From NCBI RefSeq assembly GCF_036971445.1, contig NC_091482.1, positions 10,292,001-10,356,000 on the forward strand: a stretch of DNA of 64,000 nucleotides, written 5' to 3'. A model generated the notes under the pieces. That model was given only the letters and a program-made list of their open reading frames with translations. It was not told the origin of the DNA and made no database searches. This DNA comes from Narcine bancroftii. Its lineage: Eukaryota. The translations under genes were made by a program, and so were the position numbers. Positions 62,601 through 64,000 of this stretch are shown here, one piece after another; the stretch's first letter is position 1, and each line of letters begins with the position of its first letter.

Positions 62601-64000
62601 CTTTAATGACACGTATTCCCCCATTTGGAGGAAGCAACACCTAGTTGGAGAGTGGGAAGTGGGTCTTGGGAACCTTGATCTTCAGTGCAAGATCACAAAA
62701 CATTTCTTCCCCCACCCCAAGAACAGGCCTTTTATCAGGAGGTAGATTCTTGCCAAATCGGTCAGGAACTACAACATCCAAGGGGAAAATAGTCCCAAAC
62801 ACAAGGAGTTTTTTTTTAAACTTTCACACAGTCTCTGGGGAAAGGACTGCATTTAAAAACAAGCAACTAAGTATTGTTGATGGGCAAGGAGTGAAACATT
62901 TCTGCTCTAGTTCAACATAATGACGAATACTCAATACTGCGAGAAATTCAAGTCCATGCCAAGAGAGTACATATAACCCCTGAGAGTCATGGCTTTAATG
63001 GTCATTAAAGGGCATTTAAACCAGAGTCAAAATGCGAAAAGGAGACCAAACAAGTTGAAGACCACCAAAACATCACCAACCCTGACGAACTGGAGACCAA
63101 TAACAACAAAAAAAAAACCCACTAAACATTGGGCATCAACTTGCTTTGAAGGTTAGTTCAAGTTAAGGCAGAGAAAGTAAGATCAGATGTGTCAGTATTT
63201 CGGTGGAGTAGATTACAGTGGCAGGAGAGAGGAACTGGTTCCATTACTGGAACGTAATACTGGATAATACGTGAAGTTCTGAAGGAAGACAAGGGTCGCC
63301 ACTTTGTCCAGCGCCCCTCGCAGAAACGAACCAACCAACCCAGCGAGGAACCAACTTGCCCCTGGTTTACAAGGGCAGTGCTCGAACCACTGAGCTCTTA
63401 GGGAAGATGCCAGAGCAGAAATGGATGGAGTGTCTGTCAGAAATGGGAAAGGTGCAAAAAGGAATGGAAATGTGTCCCAACTGTGGCTGGCCGGGGAAAT
63501 CAACCCCAACGTGAAAGCATCCCTCTTTACTCTACAGTGGACACTCTCCAAAGAAGCTGAGCTTCTCCTGCGTGGCGTTTTTACTTGAAAACAGCCCCTG
63601 TTCACCACCATGAACAATGCTCCTGGCCAGTTCCACCTGCGTTTCGCCCGCCGTCTTCTCCAGCGCCTGACAGTCTGCTGACTGTCCGCCTGGTCACCTC
63701 GTTCAGCCAACTCAACCCCACTCGCTCTCTGGCCACTTTCACTGGAAGAAGCGCCAGCAAACAGCTTTCAACCACATGCAGTGGGAAACTGACAGAGGAA
63801 GGGGGGGGGGGGGGGGTCACATTTCTAAAACACTATCAACCTTATTACCCAACAAGACAAGCTAGAAAAAGACACGGGAGCATCGCCTGCCCCTTTTTCG
63901 CAGCATTGAGTTACATTCTACTTAACCTGCTGGGGCGTCTAGTTATTCCAACTTCAAAGATTTGGTATCTCAGACACCAGCAACTTTCTTAAAATTGAAT

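Noticed and set aside
63213-63992. 165-aa and 135-aa ORFs near the right edge as RFLNB exon 1
   Set aside because: No refilin N-terminal motif or other recognisable homology; likely chance ORFs in GC-richer DNA.

Overview
Vertebrate genomic DNA, most likely a cartilaginous fish (inferred from the repeat complement: CR1, L1, RTE, Rex1-type, V-SINE and Penelope-type fragments). Parts of three intron-split genes are present, none fully shown by the ORF track. (1) Three in-phase exons of a tapasin-family gene on the minus strand (5964-10291) with a mix of tapasin and TAPBPR features. (2) The LIAT1/C17orf97 Liat1-domain exon on the plus strand (22730-23096), with a 1-bp frameshift that is probably a consensus error. 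(3) The last two coding exons of refilin-B (RFLNB) on the minus strand (34276-37695). LIAT1 and RFLNB converge as at human 17p13.3, so the tapasin-like gene appears to lie outside the MHC at a position where I know of no human tapasin-family gene. About 30% of the window is five unrelated local tandem arrays: 1247 bp x at least 2.6, 49 bp x about 168 (running into a 200-N gap), 87-90 bp x about 26, 22 bp x 50 and 23 bp x 201. The last two show no visible variant. All the giant ORFs are translations of these arrays, not genes. Young retrotransposon insertions with target-site duplications include two L1s, an RTE with a 5' inversion and a CR1 with an inverted-flank junction. Boundaries of old repeats are approximate; family names come from motif recognition, not database searches.
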